64,000 bases of DNA from a bacterium (GTDB lineage Bacteria > SZUA-182 > DTGQ01). Below, piece by piece: positions 62,580 to 64,000 of the stretch. Under the pieces are notes generated by a model. That model searched no databases. It saw nothing but the letters and a program-made list of their open reading frames with translations, and had not been told where the DNA came from. The stretch spans positions 35,568-99,567 of the forward strand of contig JBFMGO010000006.1 in NCBI GenBank assembly GCA_040752695.1, given 5' to 3'. Within the stretch, counting starts at the first letter, position 1. Each line of letters begins with the position of its first letter. The translations under genes were made by a program, and so were the position numbers.

Positions 62580-63623
62580 CTATCTGTCTATCGTTTCGGT
62601 TCCTTGCCAAAGGGGCCATTCCCAGTGATAAATCAGTTTGTCATTGGCTCCTGAAACGCTTTTATCCATGATGTCCATGTAAAATTTCCCTGCACGTGAT
62701 CCGGCATCCTGAAAAATTTCAATACCCGTCTGGGTGGCGTAGGTTTTATTCATAAAATTCAGGTTCATAATCTGGCTGGGGTTCAGATAGAGAGAAGTCA
62801 GCCCATCCTGGCAAAGTTCACCGCTGAGAATGAAATTCGAGCTCAAGACTCCCGGCATGGACGTATCGTCATCCGATTGTGCTGGATCCTTGGTTGTATC
62901 CTGAGATGCCGTGGAAGAACCAATACGGGAAAGCGCTCCTTGAAGGAATGGTCTTCTCTGGCCGCCCCTTTCCCTGTCTGAAACAGCGTTCACTACAGCA
63001 AAAGTCAATTTCCATGGCCCGTTATTCAAGCCAAATGATCCGCTTAGATCAATCGAGGTAAGGCTACGCTCATTGCTCAAGACGCGGTCAGCCACAAAAT
63101 CCATCATGTCGGTTTCTTGGTCATAATTCCATTTCATATTGTAATTCGGATTTAACAGACGATTAGGGAGAGGCAGGCTGATATGCCTTTCATTTTTTCC
63201 CAGGTAAGTACGAACGAGAGAAAAGTATTTATTCAGATTCTGATCAAGGTTGGATGGAATATCAAGTCCCACCTCCTGCAACTGATTTAAGACCGTATTA
63301 ATCTGATCCCTGATCCATTGAAGGGATTCTTCGTTATCGGCAAGGGGAAGATTTATCCATTGCTTTAAGTTCACCAGGGATCCCTGATCGGTTGAAGACG
63401 CCTGGTTTCTCCAAAACAGCCAATTTCCCCTCTGAGAATTATTGTCCAGAGAATTACTGTTTAGAGAATTGCTGTCCTGAGAGGTATTGTCCTGTGAAGT
63501 AGTATTGTTTTGGGAATTGTTTCTTTGAAACCGGGAAGACAACAGGCCAGCATGAACACGTGCCATCAAAAGAAATAAGAAAAACAGGGACAGCGGAACT
63601 ATGACCAGCATTTTTCTTTTCAT
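62580..63623 (-). CDS. Secreted hypothetical protein with N/S/Q-rich N-terminal repeats
   Basis: Signal peptide ending VHA, SQDN-type repeats, AGGAGAGG RBS. Confidence 0.7.
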   Translation of the reverse strand: MKRKMLVIVPLSLFFLFLLMARVHAGLLSSRFQRNNSQNNTTSQDNTSQDSNSLNSNSLDNNSQRGNWLFWRNQASSTDQGSLVNLKQWINLPLADNEESLQWIRDQINTVLNQLQEVGLDIPSNLDQNLNKYFSLVRTYLGKNERHISLPLPNRLLNPNYNMKWNYDQETDMMDFVADRVLSNERSLTSIDLSGSFGLNNGPWKLTFAVVNAVSDRERGGQRRPFLQGALSRIGSSTASQDTTKDPAQSDDDTSMPGVLSSNFILSGELCQDGLTSLYLNPSQIMNLNFMNKTYATQTGIEIFQDAGSRAGKFYMDIMDKSVSGANDKLIYHWEWPLWQGTETIDR

Positions 63624-63876
63624 TTTTTCCCTCCTCCTTGCTTACGTAAATTGTTGTGAACTACTGATCGCGGAGAAAATCCTTATACCCATGTTTGTTG
63701 GGTGATTATTCCTCCACAACTTAAAATTTTTTTTACTATTGACAGTTAAATTAACAATAAATTTGTTTAATTGATTTTTATGGGAGAATCGCTATTTTAG
63801 GATATGTATTTATCGGCAGGTCAAAAATTATTTTACTATCAATAGAAGTGTGTCCACCAAGATAAGACAATTATAA

Positions 63877-64000
63877 GAGCTATTGTCAAATGTTGTGTAT
63901 AGCATTAGGCGGCGATCCTATCAATTTCTTCCCCGTTGACGAATTTAACCCCTTCAATCACCTTGGCTAATTTCTCAGGTCGGTGTAGACGAATCCATTT
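63877..64000 (-). mobile_element. Right end of an IS256-family element, truncated by the window edge
   Basis: Minus-strand 63905-64000 reads KWIRLHRPEKLAKVIEGVKFVNGEEIDRIAA*, resembling IS256 transposase C-termini, followed by terminal IR-like ACACAACATTTGACAATAGCTC. Confidence 0.75.

Overview
Gene-dense bacterial chromosomal window (roughly 50% GC by eye). The gene content suggests an anaerobe resembling Desulfobacterota or a candidate phylum; this is inference. The left part holds envelope and housekeeping genes: a PpiC-type lipoprotein PPIase, a TPR protein, sppA, glycosyltransferases, a metallophosphoesterase, a B12 radical SAM enzyme and a PocR hybrid sensor missing its HisKA core. The middle holds large secreted modular proteins (a cohesin/HYR/dockerin scaffoldin-like protein, a PKD/beta-helix protein, a second dockerin protein), an Aas-like acyl ligase, an orphan cas1-cas4 pair with substituted catalytic residues and no cas2 or array, a CHAT-STAND-TPR protein, a secreted PLA2-like protein and a PTS-EIIA/P-type ATPase fusion. 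The right part holds a soluble Tat-exported group-1a-like [NiFe] hydrogenase whose small subunit overlaps (ATGA) a CxxCH heme-c chemoreceptor. A diguanylate cyclase and a complete che cluster follow, and the hydrogenase operon and the che cluster share a 32-bp upstream motif. This putative H2-sensing chemotaxis module is the strongest novel-system candidate; the degenerate Cas1-Cas4 pair is second. The window ends inside an IS256-family element. Short tandem duplications, often spanning stop codons or in-frame inside proteins, and several families of dispersed hairpin repeats occur throughout. All calls come from motif reading by eye; no database searches were run.
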